Shown piece by piece: positions 1 through 8,674 of a DNA stretch of 40,997 nt. The notes beneath the pieces are model-generated. The model saw only the letters and a list, made by a program, of their open reading frames with translations. It searched no databases and was not told the DNA's origin. The position numbers and the translations under genes are program-made. Within the stretch, counting starts at the first letter, position 1; each line of letters starts with the position of its first letter. Origin of the DNA: a virus (taxonomy: Duplodnaviria > Heunggongvirae > Uroviricota > Caudoviricetes); the IMG/VR virus record IMGVR_UViG_2571042438_000006. The stretch is one strand, 5' to 3'.

Positions 1-251
1 GCGGTGCGGAGTCCGGAGAGTAACGGAATAGCAGAGAGCTTCGTGAAAACGATAAAGCGTGACTACATCAGTATCATGCCCAAACCAGACGGGTTAACGG
101 CAGCAAAGAACCTTGCAGAGGCGTTCGAGCATTATAACGAATGGCATCCGCATAGTGCGCTGGGTTATCGCTCGCCACGGGAATATCTGCGGCAGCGGGC
201 TTGTAATGGGTTAAGTGATAACAGATGTCTGGAAATATAGGGGCAAATCCA
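1..251 (+). mobile_element. IS2 (IS3 family) 3' end fragment; the element continues left of the window
   Basis: Window starts inside the transposase ORF. The terminal sequence ...GTTAAGTGATAACAGATGTCTGGAAATATAGGGGCAAATCCA matches the IS2 right inverted repeat as I recall it. Confidence 0.8.
4..240 (+). CDS. insD: IS2 transposase (InsD/OrfB) C-terminal fragment, 5'-partial
   Basis: 78-aa ORF ending ...[23 protein letters not shown], typical of the IS3-family transposase C-terminus; no start codon within the window. Confidence 0.8.
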
Positions 252-703
252 ACCCTTTAGGAACGATTAATATCAATTTGCACGGTAACGTTGTTGATTT
301 CTCCTGTACCGTAAACACAGCGGATAAGGATAAGACGGTAGATTTAGGCAGATGGCCTACGACACAATTACTGAGCGCTGGCGATACCACGGCACTCGTC
401 CCTTTTAGCCTGCGGCTGGAGGGATGTCCTCCGGGTTCAGTTGCGATTTTATTTACGGGAACGCCGGCATCTGATGCCAACCTGCTGGCTCTGGATGATC
501 CCGCAATGGCACAAACCGTCGCCATCGAATTACGTAATAGCGATCGCTCCCGGCTCGCACTGGGGGAGGCGAGCTCGACTGAGGAAGTTGATGCAAATGG
601 CAATGTCACACTAAACTTTTTTGCCAATTATCGAGCGTTAGCCAGCGGTGTTCAGCCTGGTGTGGCGAAAGCGGATGCGATATTTATGATCAATTATAAT
701 TAA
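252..703 (+). pseudogene. sfmF: Fimbrial subunit gene (SfmF-like) lacking its 5' end and signal peptide, truncated by the IS2 insertion
   Basis: Translation LGTININLHGNVVDFSCTV...ADAIFMINYN is a fimbrial subunit body and C-terminus; the reading frame runs directly out of the IS2 end with no signal peptide. Confidence 0.7.
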
Positions 704-705
704 TA

Positions 706-1338
706 TTATATTAATTCATATAATTTGGCGTAGTCGATAAGCTCTACAATTGAATGCAAACCTAGCTTGCCATAAATATTAGATTTATGTGCACTAACTG
801 TTTTATTGCTAAGTAATAACTTATCGGCAATTTCTTTATTAGATAATCCGCTAACCAGATAACGTAATATGGTTACTTCACGATTAGATAGCACAGTGAC
901 CGTTGAACTATTCGTACTACATTTATTGCTTTTTATATAGTTGAGCGTTTCGCTGGGAAAAAAAGTGTATCCGGAGAGAATCATCTGAACGGCATGAAAA
1001 ATATCATTCTGATCATTGCATTTACTGACAAAACCGTTAGCACCAGCTTGTATCGCTCTGCCAGCATAAAAGCATTCTGATTTCGATGATAAAAATAATA
1101 CTTTCACTGTACTCTGAATTTGTTTGATCCTTTTTAGGAAGGTAAAACCGTCTGTACCGGGCAAGTCTATATCCATAATGATTAAATCAACAGGACGGGT
1201 TCGGAGATAATCGATGGTTATGCGGTAATCATCCGTTTTCAGGACAATCTGCAATTCACTGTTTTTTTGCAACAGAACTTCAATAGACATTCTGATGATA
1301 GGATGAGTATCCATAATGATCACCGACGTTGGTTTCAT
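706..1338 (-). CDS. fimZ: LuxR/FixJ-family response regulator, FimZ-like (fimbrial regulator)
   Basis: 210 aa from MKPTSVIIMDTHPIIRMSIEV; receiver domain with conserved Asp plus a C-terminal LuxR helix-turn-helix; position between the fimbrial gene and tRNA-Arg as in K-12. Confidence 0.85.
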   Translation of the reverse strand: MKPTSVIIMDTHPIIRMSIEVLLQKNSELQIVLKTDDYRITIDYLRTRPVDLIIMDIDLPGTDGFTFLKRIKQIQSTVKVLFLSSKSECFYAGRAIQAGANGFVSKCNDQNDIFHAVQMILSGYTFFPSETLNYIKSNKCSTNSSTVTVLSNREVTILRYLVSGLSNKEIADKLLLSNKTVSAHKSNIYGKLGLHSIVELIDYAKLYELI

Positions 1339-1579
1339 AGTTACCAGTCTCATTGGATCGGACAATTTTCCGTTAGGGCGGTAAATTGTACTTGATACAT
1401 GAAAATACGGGTTTTCCTGATTCAGACGCGCAGCGGTGTGCGTTTGTTTGCCGCTATAACGAAATAAATCAGAAAATCAGACGCGGTCGTTCACTTGTTC
1501 AGCAACCAGATCAAAAGCCATTGACTCAGCAAGGGTTGACCGTATAATTCACGCGATTACACCGCATTGCGGTATCAAC

Positions 1580-1656
1580 GCGCCCTTAGCTCAGTTGGAT
1601 AGAGCAACGACCTTCTAAGTCGTGGGCCGCAGGTTCGAATCCTGCAGGGCGCGCCA
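1580..1656 (+). tRNA. argU: tRNA-Arg (anticodon UCU)
   Basis: 77-nt cloverleaf: acceptor stem GCGCCCT/AGGGCGC, anticodon loop CU-TCT-AA, T-arm GGTTCGAATCC, 3' CCA encoded. Confidence 0.9.
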
Positions 1657-1671
1657 TTACAATTCAATCAG
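1630..1671. other. Presumed attL core region (tRNA 3' end to integrase stop)
   Basis: Integrase gene ends 16 nt downstream of the tRNA; phages using tRNA sites normally have the core overlapping the tRNA 3' end. The exact core cannot be defined without attR. Confidence 0.4.
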
Positions 1672-2835
1672 TTACGCCTTCTTTATATCCTCCATAATTC
1701 CAGAGTGGGACATATTTGGGACATTATCACCAAAAATGTCGTCTATTTTCCTCGCATGCTCTGTCAAATGATTAGGCGCAAGGTGAGCATACCTACGAAC
1801 CATTTCTATGGACTCCCATCCGCCCATTTCCTGAAGCACTGATAATGGGACGCCTGACTGAATCAGCCAGCTTGCCCAGGTGTGTCTGAGGTCATGGAAA
1901 CGGAAATCTTCAATTCCTGCACGACGACAAGCTGATAGCCATGATGTCTTGCTGTCGATGCGCATCTTCCTGACCGCAGGCGTTGATGTTCCATCTGCTC
2001 GCTTAGCCGCCTTGGTATGTACAAACACCCATTTGTGATGCTTGCCTATTTGATCACGCAACACTTTACAGGCGGTATCGTTCAGCGCCACACCAATGGC
2101 GCGGTTTGATTTGCTCTCTTCTGGATTCACCCAGGCAACTCGTCGCTGCATGTCGATTTGTTGCCATTCCAGATTTATGATGTTCGACTTTCTCAGACCA
2201 GTTGCCAGCGCAAACTTGACGACAGATTTCAGTGGTTCGGGGCACTCATCAATAAGGCGTTTTGCTTCCTCCTTTTCCAGCCATCTGACTCGCTTGTTTC
2301 TGACCGCTGGTATCTTGATGACAGGCGCTTTTTCCAGCCACTTCCAGTCGCGTTCTGCAGCACGGAGAATGGCCTTTATCATGGCAAGATGCTTTGCCTT
2401 TGTCTGAGTTGATACTGGCTTTGGTTCATAAACAGGCAGTTCTTTACCTTTCCTGATGGCGGCCTGAACTTTCTGTTTCCATATTTCTTTCGTCTTTCTG
2501 TTATGCATTCTGCTTACAGCAGAGTAAATCTTTGCCTCCGAGATATCTTTAAGCCTTATACCCTCAAAATGTTCAAGCCAGAACTCAATCCGGCTTTTAT
2601 CTGAATCGAGAGATTTTTTATCAGCTTTTTCCTCAAGCCATCTTAGGCAGGCCTCTTCAAAAGTGACATCAGGTAAATCCCCTAGCTTTTCTACTCGCCA
2701 GAGTTCTGCTTTTCGCTTGTCGTGCAACTCCTGAGCTTGCCGCTTGTCCTTTGTGCCAAGAGATTCCTTAATTCGTTTCCCGCCCGGGAGCGAATACGAG
2801 GCATACCATATTTCATTTCTGCGGAAGAGTGACAT
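1672..2835 (-). CDS. int: Tyrosine integrase (DLP12 IntD-like)
   Basis: 387 aa, [22 protein letters not shown]-terminus; C-terminal catalytic region with HDLRHTWAS and RRYAHL motifs. Confidence 0.9.
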   Translation of the reverse strand: MSLFRRNEIWYASYSLPGGKRIKESLGTKDKRQAQELHDKRKAELWRVEKLGDLPDVTFEEACLRWLEEKADKKSLDSDKSRIEFWLEHFEGIRLKDISEAKIYSAVSRMHNRKTKEIWKQKVQAAIRKGKELPVYEPKPVSTQTKAKHLAMIKAILRAAERDWKWLEKAPVIKIPAVRNKRVRWLEKEEAKRLIDECPEPLKSVVKFALATGLRKSNIINLEWQQIDMQRRVAWVNPEESKSNRAIGVALNDTACKVLRDQIGKHHKWVFVHTKAAKRADGTSTPAVRKMRIDSKTSWLSACRRAGIEDFRFHDLRHTWASWLIQSGVPLSVLQEMGGWESIEMVRRYAHLAPNHLTEHARKIDDIFGDNVPNMSHSGIMEDIKKA

Positions 2836-3062
2836 TTTCTTTCCTCTGTTATGCCATCACCCGCGCTCACCTGGACAGTATGCAGCGGAGACTGAAGCGC
2901 CGCAATGCAGGCTTGCCGTGTTGTGAGGTAAGGAGATTTTGGCTTGGTTGGATCTTTACGTGTTGCCTGTAGGCGGCCTGTTCGTATCCAGTTGGTGGCG
3001 GTTGGTCTGGATATCTTAAGAAACTGACAGGCCTCATCGAGTGTGAGGCTGTATGATTCCAT
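2691..3062 (-). CDS. xis: Excisionase-like DNA-binding protein (AlpA/Xis helix-turn-helix); the 3' end overlaps int by about 145 nt in another frame
   Basis: [31 protein letters not shown] helix-turn-helix; placed immediately upstream of int. The unusually long C-terminal extension may not all be translated. Confidence 0.55.
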   Translation of the reverse strand: MESYSLTLDEACQFLKISRPTATNWIRTGRLQATRKDPTKPKSPYLTTRQACIAALQSPLHTVQVSAGDGITEERKCHSSAEMKYGMPRIRSRAGNELRNLLAQRTSGKLRSCTTSEKQNSGE

Positions 3063-3312
3063 GGTTACCTCTGCTTTTTGAACGCATGTCACGTAACTTC
3101 TTAATGTGTTCTGCCGTTTCGATCTCTTCTGCTATCCGATCTGCATCAGCTTTATTCACAGGTTCAAAGTCATGATTAAAGCGGAACATGCTGGCGATAC
3201 ATGTTCTGCCTTTTCGGATGTAGTGAACTTTGTTGTGGGTAGAACGCAGGATTTTGCAGGGAGTGCCGTGGTGGTCGACGTACCAGGTGTTAGGAAAAAT
3301 GATTCTGAACAT
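3034..3312 (-). CDS. Hypothetical phage early-left protein
   Basis: 92-aa ORF in the int-exo accessory region; no recognised domain. Confidence 0.35.
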   Translation of the reverse strand: MFRIIFPNTWYVDHHGTPCKILRSTHNKVHYIRKGRTCIASMFRFNHDFEPVNKADADRIAEEIETAEHIKKLRDMRSKSRGNHGIIQPHTR

Positions 3313-3359
3313 TTTTACACCTCAGTTGGACGATGTTGAAATTTGCTGCTTTGAGGCCA

Positions 3360-3578
3360 TCACAGTCCCCATTGTTTGTTCTTAAGTTCGATCTCCTCCT
3401 GGCAACTTGCACAAGTCCGACAACCCTGAACAGCCAGGCGTCTTCGCTCAGCTATCGGATCGCCACACTCACAACAATGAGTTGCGGATACAGTCTGGTA
3501 GTTCTGACGACGCATTTTTATTGCTGTATTGCGCTGTAATTCTTCGATTTCTGATGCTGAATCAATGATGTCTGCCAT
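3360..3578 (-). CDS. TraR/DksA-family C4 zinc-finger protein
   Basis: 72 aa with CxxC...17 residues...CxxC (CCECGDPIAERRRLAVQGCRTCASC), the typical phage TraR-type zinc finger. Confidence 0.7.
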   Translation of the reverse strand: MADIIDSASEIEELQRNTAIKMRRQNYQTVSATHCCECGDPIAERRRLAVQGCRTCASCQEEIELKNKQWGL

Positions 3579-3676
3579 CTTTCATTAATCCCTGAACTGT
3601 TGGTTAATACGCTTGAGGGTGAATGCGAACAATAAAAAAGGAGCCTGTAGCTCCCTGATAATTTTGCTTTTCATGT

Positions 3677-3859
3677 TCATCGTTCCTTAAAGACGCCGTT
3701 TAACATGCCGATCGCCAGGCTTAAATGAGTTGGTGTGAATCCCATCAGCGTTACCGTTTCGCGGTGCTTCTTCAGTACGCTACGGCAAATGTCATCGACG
3801 TTTTTATCCGGAAACTGCTGTCTGGCTTTTTTTGATTTCAGAATTAGCCTGACGGGCAA
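3677..3859 (-). CDS. Small hypothetical protein (b-region)
   Basis: 60-aa ORF co-oriented with the leftward early operon. Confidence 0.35.
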   Translation of the reverse strand: MPVRLILKSKKARQQFPDKNVDDICRSVLKKHRETVTLMGFTPTHLSLAIGMLNGVFKER

Positions 3860-3969
3860 TGCTGCGAAGGGCGTTTTCTTGCTGAGGTGTCATTAAACAA
3901 GCCCCATGTCGGCAAGCATAAGCACACAGAATATGAAGCCCGCTGCCAGAAAAATGCATTCAGTGGTTG

Positions 3970-4161
3970 TCATACCTGGTCTCTCTCATCTGCTTCTGCT
4001 TTCGCCACCATCATTTCCAGCTTTTGTGAAAGGGATGTGGCTAACGTATGAAATTCTTCGTCTGTTTCTACTGGTATTGGCACAAACCTGACTCCAATTT
4101 GAGCAAGGCTATGTGCCATCTCAATACTCGTTCTTAACTCAACAGGAGATGCTTTGTGCAT
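3970..4161 (-). CDS. Small hypothetical protein (b-region)
   Basis: 63-aa ORF, co-oriented and tightly packed upstream of exo. Confidence 0.4.
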   Translation of the reverse strand: MHKASPVELRTSIEMAHSLAQIGVRFVPIPVETDEEFHTLATSLSQKLEMMVAKAEADERDQV

Positions 4162-4322
4162 ACCGCCTCCCGTTTATTATTTATCTTCTCAGCCAGCCGC
4201 TGTGCTTTCAGTGGATTTCTGATAACAGAAAGGCCGGGAAATACCCAGCCTCGCTTTGTAACGGAGTAGACGAAAGTGATCGCGCCTACCCGGATATTAT
4301 CGTGAGGATGCGTCATCGCCAT
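4134..4322 (-). CDS. Small hypothetical protein (b-region)
   Basis: 62-aa ORF; its start overlaps the exo stop by about 10 nt. Confidence 0.4.
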   Translation of the reverse strand: MAMTHPHDNIRVGAITFVYSVTKRGWVFPGLSVIRNPLKAQRLAEKINNKREAVCTKHLLLS

Positions 4323-4993
4323 TGCTCCCCAAATACAAAACCAATTTCAGCCAGTGCCTCGTCCATTTTTTCGATGAACTCCGGCACCATCTCGTCAAAA
4401 CTCGCCATGTACTTTTCATCCCGCTCAACCACGACATAATGCAGTCCTTCACGCTTCATACGCGGGTCATAGTTGGCAAAGTACCAGGCATCTTTTCGTG
4501 TCACCCACATGCTGTACTGCACCTGGGCCATGTAAGCCGACTTTATGGCCTCGAAACCACCGAGCCGGAACTTCATGAAATCCCGGGAGGTAAACGGGCA
4601 TTTCAGCTCAAGGCCATTGCCGTCACTGCATAAACCATCGGGAGAGCAGGCGGTGCGCATACTTTCGTCGCGATAGATGATCGGGGATTCAGTAACATTC
4701 ACGCCGGAAGTGAATTCAAACAGAGTTCTGGCGTCGTTCTCGTACTGTTTTCCCCATGCCAGCGCCTTAGCATTAACTTCCGGAGCCACACCGGTGCAAA
4801 CCTCAGCCAGCAGGGTGTGGAAGTAGGACATTTTCATGTCAGGCCACTTCTTTCCTGAGCGGGGCTTGGCTATCACGTTGTGAACTTCTGAAGCGGTGAT
4901 GACGCCGAGCCGTAATTTGTGCCATGCATCATCCCCCTGTTCGACAGCTCTCACGTCGATCCCGGTACGCTGCAGGATAATGTCCGGTGTCAT
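4313..4993 (-). CDS. exo: Lambda exonuclease (Red alpha)
   Basis: 226 aa, [40 protein letters not shown]..., essentially the lambda Exo sequence as I recall it. Confidence 0.95.
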   Translation of the reverse strand: MTPDIILQRTGIDVRAVEQGDDAWHKLRLGVITASEVHNVIAKPRSGKKWPDMKMSYFHTLLAEVCTGVAPEVNAKALAWGKQYENDARTLFEFTSGVNVTESPIIYRDESMRTACSPDGLCSDGNGLELKCPFTSRDFMKFRLGGFEAIKSAYMAQVQYSMWVTRKDAWYFANYDPRMKREGLHYVVVERDEKYMASFDEMVPEFIEKMDEALAEIGFVFGEQWR

Positions 4994-5775
4994 GCTGCCA
5001 CCTTCTGCTCAGTGGCTTTCTGTTTCAGGAAACCAAGAGCTTTCACTGCTTCGGCCTGTGTCAGTTCTGACGATGCGCGAATGTCGCGGCGAAATATCTG
5101 GGAACAGAGCGGCAATAAGTCGTCATTCCATGTTTTATCCAGGGCGATCAGCAGAGTGTTAATCTCCCGCATGGTTTCATCGTTAACCGGAGTGATGTCG
5201 CGTTCCGGCTGACGTTCTGCAGTGTATGCGGTATTTTCGACAATGCGCTCGGCTTCATCCTTGTCATAGATACCAGCAAATCCGAAGGCGAGACGGGCAC
5301 ACTGAATCATGGCTTTATGCCGTAACATCCGTTTGGGATGCGACTGCCACGGCCCCGTGATTTCTCTGCCTTCGCGGGTTTTGAATGGTTCGCGGCGGCA
5401 TTCATCCATCCACTCGGTAACGCAGATCGGATGATTGCGGTCCTTGCGGTAAATCCGGCATGTGCAGGATTCATTGTCCTGCTCAAAGTCCATGCCATCA
5501 AACTGCTGGTTTTCATTGATGATACGGGGCCAGCCATCAACGCCCACCACCGGAACGATGCCGTTCTGCTTGTCAGGGAAGGCGTAAATTTCTTTCGTCC
5601 ACGGATTAAGGCCGTACTGGTTGGCGACGATCAGCAATGCGATGAACTGCGCATCGCTGGCATCACCTTTAAATGCCGTCTGGCGAAGAGTGGTGATCAG
5701 TTCCTGTGGGTCGACAGAATCCATGCCGACGCGTTCAGCCAGCTTCCCAGCCAGCGTTGCGAGTGCTGTACTCAT
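4990..5775 (-). CDS. bet: Red beta single-strand annealing protein
   Basis: 261 aa, [50 protein letters not shown]...; start overlaps the exo end (ATGA arrangement). Confidence 0.95.
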   Translation of the reverse strand: MSTALATLAGKLAERVGMDSVDPQELITTLRQTAFKGDASDAQFIALLIVANQYGLNPWTKEIYAFPDKQNGIVPVVGVDGWPRIINENQQFDGMDFEQDNESCTCRIYRKDRNHPICVTEWMDECRREPFKTREGREITGPWQSHPKRMLRHKAMIQCARLAFGFAGIYDKDEAERIVENTAYTAERQPERDITPVNDETMREINTLLIALDKTWNDDLLPLCSQIFRRDIRASSELTQAEAVKALGFLKQKATEQKVAA

Positions 5776-5780
5776 CCGTT

Positions 5781-6077
5781 TTATACCTCTGAATCAATAT
5801 CAACCTGGTGGTGAGCAATGGTTTCAACCATGTACCGGATGTGTTCTGCCATGCGCTCCTGAAACTCAACATCGTCATCAAACGCACGGGTAATGGCTTT
5901 TTTGCTGGCCCCGTGGCGTTGTAAATGATCGATGCAGAGTGATTCAAACAGGTGCTGGGGCAGACCTTTTTCCATGTCGTCTGCCAGTTCTGCCTCTTTC
6001 TCTTCACGGGCGAGCTGCTGGTAGTGACGCGCCCAGCTCTGAGCCTCAAGACGATCCTGAATGTAATAAGCGTTCAT
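5781..6077 (-). CDS. gam: Gam, RecBCD inhibitor (98-aa short form)
   Basis: [39 protein letters not shown]... matches lambda GamS. Confidence 0.9.
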   Translation of the reverse strand: MNAYYIQDRLEAQSWARHYQQLAREEKEAELADDMEKGLPQHLFESLCIDHLQRHGASKKAITRAFDDDVEFQERMAEHIRYMVETIAHHQVDIDSEV

Positions 6078-6153
6078 GGCTGAACTCCTGAAAATGGCTG
6101 TGAAAATATCGCCCGCGAAATGCCAGGCTGATTAGGAAAACAGGAAAGGGGGG

Positions 6154-6360
6154 TTAGTGATTCAGGCCGTTACCGCGTCCGTCGAGAAAAACTTCCACGA
6201 GCAAATCACTGGTATAAGTGCGCTCGATGCCGCGATGCAGATAAAGCCGTCCGCGTAAATTAGCTGATGCAGTCCAGGTACCATCTTTGTGTTTGACCAG
6301 CATTCCTGGCATGACCGCGCCGCGATTAACGGTCTGTGTTCCGTAATGTTGATGAACCAT
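6154..6360 (-). CDS. Hypothetical small protein in the position of the lambda kil/cIII/N genes
   Basis: 68-aa ORF with GGAG 5 nt upstream of its ATG; no similarity I can recognise to N, Kil or CIII. Confidence 0.3.
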   Translation of the reverse strand: MVHQHYGTQTVNRGAVMPGMLVKHKDGTWTASANLRGRLYLHRGIERTYTSDLLVEVFLDGRGNGLNH

Positions 6361-6609
6361 AAAAACTCCGCCCGTAAGCTGGGCTGCTGAACATATAGAG
6401 ACTTCTGCGCATATTCAGGCGGTGGATGGCCGCCGGTTGTCATAACTAAGCCGCCTCGTTGAAGCGACTGAGGTATGAAATGTTGAGTTAATTTCAGCTG
6501 GTCACACCGACGTTCACGCGTCCGTTTCACCCCTCGCACTCCCCGAAGCCTGCTGAAATTCAAACTGCGGATCTAAGCGGTCATCGCAACGGTGAATCAG
6601 GTAGTTGCC

Positions 6610-6710
6610 GTATCGTTGTGTTGTTGCGATGAACTTATTTAAAACTATAGTTGTTTTATCGTCAACAACAAAAGTTGTTTTATTGGTTGTTTTAGATATA
6701 ACTGGTTGTA
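6610..6710. promoter_or_regulatory. Leftward operator/promoter region (OL/PL analogue): array of GTTGTT/AACAAC repressor half-sites
   Basis: At least six GTTGTT or AACAAC motifs, including the palindrome AACAACAAAAGTTGTT (6664-6679) and GTTGTT-8nt-AACAAC (6650-6669); the same motif recurs in the cI-cro intergenic region. Confidence 0.6.
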
Positions 6711-6815
6711 TTTAGGATGGATTTATTTTGTGACTTGAATCGCATAGCGATAACTGAAGCGAGGTTATGGTGGTTTTTTTAACGGTGTGTGTGATGAGGG
6801 GAGGGCAAAAGAAAA

Positions 6816-6842
6816 CCCGGCACGGTGACCGGGATTCTTACG
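6816..6842 (-). terminator. Rho-independent terminator downstream of the repressor gene (minus strand)
   Basis: Minus-strand sequence CCCGG-TCACCGTG-CCGGG followed by TTTTCTTTTG. Confidence 0.5.
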
Positions 6843-6954
6843 CCGTTAGGTAAAGATATTATTGCGGTGGCTTAATATTACTACCTAGAGCAAAGATAGG
6901 AATTAGTTCTTTACTGAATGAGCACAATGCCCAGTTGATAATTTTTAATTGGTA

Positions 6955-7644
6955 CTACCCATGCTTCCTATATGTCTGCGGCATGCTCCCAATAACCTTA
7001 CCGAAGATGAACACCCGGTTCATCTCGTCTTTCTCGATCGGGTCCCACGGTGAGTAGCTTTTGTTATCAGAGATGACCAGCAGCTTATCCTTCATCATTT
7101 GCAGGCGCTTTACATGGGCTGTGTCGTCGTACAGAAACGCATAGATACCATCACCGTCGAAAGATTTAACTGTGATATCAACGAACAGCAGATCACCTGG
7201 TTCGATCGTTCCTGACATGCTGTCACCACGCACGTTAATGATGCGGATATTTTCCGCCTTCCTACCATCGAACATGTGACGAGCATCGTCAAACGAGTAC
7301 TCAACCGAGCGTAGAACTTCTACAAACTCACGGTTGATGACTCCCGGCCCAGCACTGACTTCTATATCAAGAACGTCAATCTTGAAGTATTTGGAATGGC
7401 TGACAGTTGATTGTATTGGTTGCACTGTACTGTCTGACATATTTCCAACGCCAGAAGATAACCATTCTGCGCGCACACCCAAAGCGTTCGCGATCTCCAC
7501 GATTTTAGTTGTTTGATTAGCTTTCCCTGTTTCGATTTTCTGAATAGCAGCCTGGCTAACCCCGACCAAATCCCCAAGCGCCTTTTGTGTAAGGCCTCGC
7601 GCTAATCTGGCTTCTTTAAGTCTTTCTGAGAGTGTTGTTTTCAT
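6955..7644 (-). CDS. cI: CI-type prophage repressor: N-terminal XRE helix-turn-helix plus C-terminal S24 (LexA-like) autopeptidase domain
   Basis: 229 aa from MKTTLSERLKEARLARGLTQKALGDLVGVSQAAIQKIE; C-terminal GDSMSGTIEPGDLLFVD serine-peptidase motif and a downstream lysine (IFGKVIG). Confidence 0.85.
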   Translation of the reverse strand: MKTTLSERLKEARLARGLTQKALGDLVGVSQAAIQKIETGKANQTTKIVEIANALGVRAEWLSSGVGNMSDSTVQPIQSTVSHSKYFKIDVLDIEVSAGPGVINREFVEVLRSVEYSFDDARHMFDGRKAENIRIINVRGDSMSGTIEPGDLLFVDITVKSFDGDGIYAFLYDDTAHVKRLQMMKDKLLVISDNKSYSPWDPIEKDEMNRVFIFGKVIGSMPQTYRKHG

Positions 7645-7748
7645 AGTCCAAATGTACAACCAAGGTTTTATTCCATCAAACGAAAATGGTTGTTGACTAA
7701 AAACAACCATAGTTTTAATCTTGATTCAAATTAACCACGGAGGTTGTT
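7645..7748. promoter_or_regulatory. Rightward operator/promoter region (OR with PR/PRM analogue)
   Basis: Divergent cI/cro intergenic region; palindrome ATGGTTGTT-GACTAAA-AACAACCAT (7685-7709); candidate PR -35 TTGACT (7691-7696) and -10 TAATCT (7714-7719), 17-nt spacing. Confidence 0.6.
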
Positions 7749-7979
7749 ATGAACCCAGCTATCAAAACAGCGATCAATATCGTTGGTTCACAAAAGAAAC
7801 TGGGCGCTGCTTGCGAAGTTTCACAGCAGGCCGTCTATAAGTGGCTTCACAACAAAGCAAAGGTATCCCCTGAACATGTCGGCAGCATTGTTACGGCTAC
7901 TGGTGGAGTAGTGAAGGCATACCAGATTCGCCCGGATCTTCCGAAGTTGTTTCCACACACCGAAAAGAACGCAGCTTAA
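7749..7979 (+). CDS. cro: Cro-like helix-turn-helix repressor (YdaS/Cro family)
   Basis: 76 aa, divergent from the repressor gene; GGAGG ribosome-binding site; helix-turn-helix GSQKKLGAACEVSQQAVYKW. Confidence 0.8.
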   Translation: MNPAIKTAINIVGSQKKLGAACEVSQQAVYKWLHNKAKVSPEHVGSIVTATGGVVKAYQIRPDLPKLFPHTEKNAA

Positions 7980-8048
7980 ATTTCCATTTCACGCTCTTTA
8001 ACAATAAGCAATCAACTTAACAGTCAATTCAAACTAAAGGAGTCAATT

Positions 8049-8588
8049 ATGCAACCACTTCCATACCAACAGACTAGCGGATTTAGCCCGACTGCGGTGA
8101 TAAATCGTTCTCAAACAAAACAGGTGCCAGGCCACGAAAAAATCCGTGATGCCGTCCGCGCCTGGTCGGCTGTAGATAATCAGGATGTCGTTGCCACACT
8201 CATTGTGAATGAGTATCGGGAGCAGGGCGGCGGCACCATCGATTTCCCTGATGATGTCAGCCGTGCACGCCAGAAGCTGTTCCGCTTCCTCGATAACAAA
8301 TTCGATTCTGAAAAATACCGAAATAACGTGCGTGAACTGACCCCGGCAATTCTGGCGGTACTACCGCTGGAATATCGCGGTTACCTGGTTGAGCAGGATA
8401 GCTTCATGGCCAGGTTGGCTGAAATGGAAAAGGAACTCAGTGAGGCAAAACAGGCTGTCATTCTCAACGCACCACGCCACCAGAAACTGAAGGAAATTAG
8501 TGAAGGTATTGTATCGATGTTTCGTGTGGACCCAGATCTGGCTGGTCCATTGATGGCGATGGTTACTACCATGCTGGGGGCGATATGA
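8049..8588 (+). CDS. YdaT-like protein (DUF1019) in the position of lambda cII
   Basis: 179 aa; the motif NEYREQGGGTIDFP resembles the Rac YdaT EYLRQGGG core as I recall it; it follows a YdaS-like cro as in Rac. Confidence 0.55.
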   Translation: MQPLPYQQTSGFSPTAVINRSQTKQVPGHEKIRDAVRAWSAVDNQDVVATLIVNEYREQGGGTIDFPDDVSRARQKLFRFLDNKFDSEKYRNNVRELTPAILAVLPLEYRGYLVEQDSFMARLAEMEKELSEAKQAVILNAPRHQKLKEISEGIVSMFRVDPDLAGPLMAMVTTMLGAI

Positions 8589-8674
8589 CAGGTTCAGAAA
8601 TGGCGAAAGCCGGTCTGCTGGAACAGAACCGACTTTCAGGTGCAAATCGTAACACACTCATTGCGGGAGGAATT

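Noticed and set aside
2096-2412. Two plus-strand ORFs (103 and 84 aa)
   Set aside because: Antisense to and fully inside the integrase gene; no independent support.
6162-6563. TTG-initiated 133-aa ORF with an Arg-rich N-terminus as the N antiterminator
   Set aside because: Non-ATG start, no obvious ribosome-binding site, overlap with the better-supported 68-aa ORF, and no similarity to N beyond the Arg-rich stretch. Reported as a hypothesis only, not annotated as a gene.
8585-8674. Upstream extension of the O ORF (MTGSEMAKAG...)
   Set aside because: Overlaps the YdaT-like gene end; the ATG at 8675 has a strong GGGAGG ribosome-binding site and aligns with the lambda O N-terminus.
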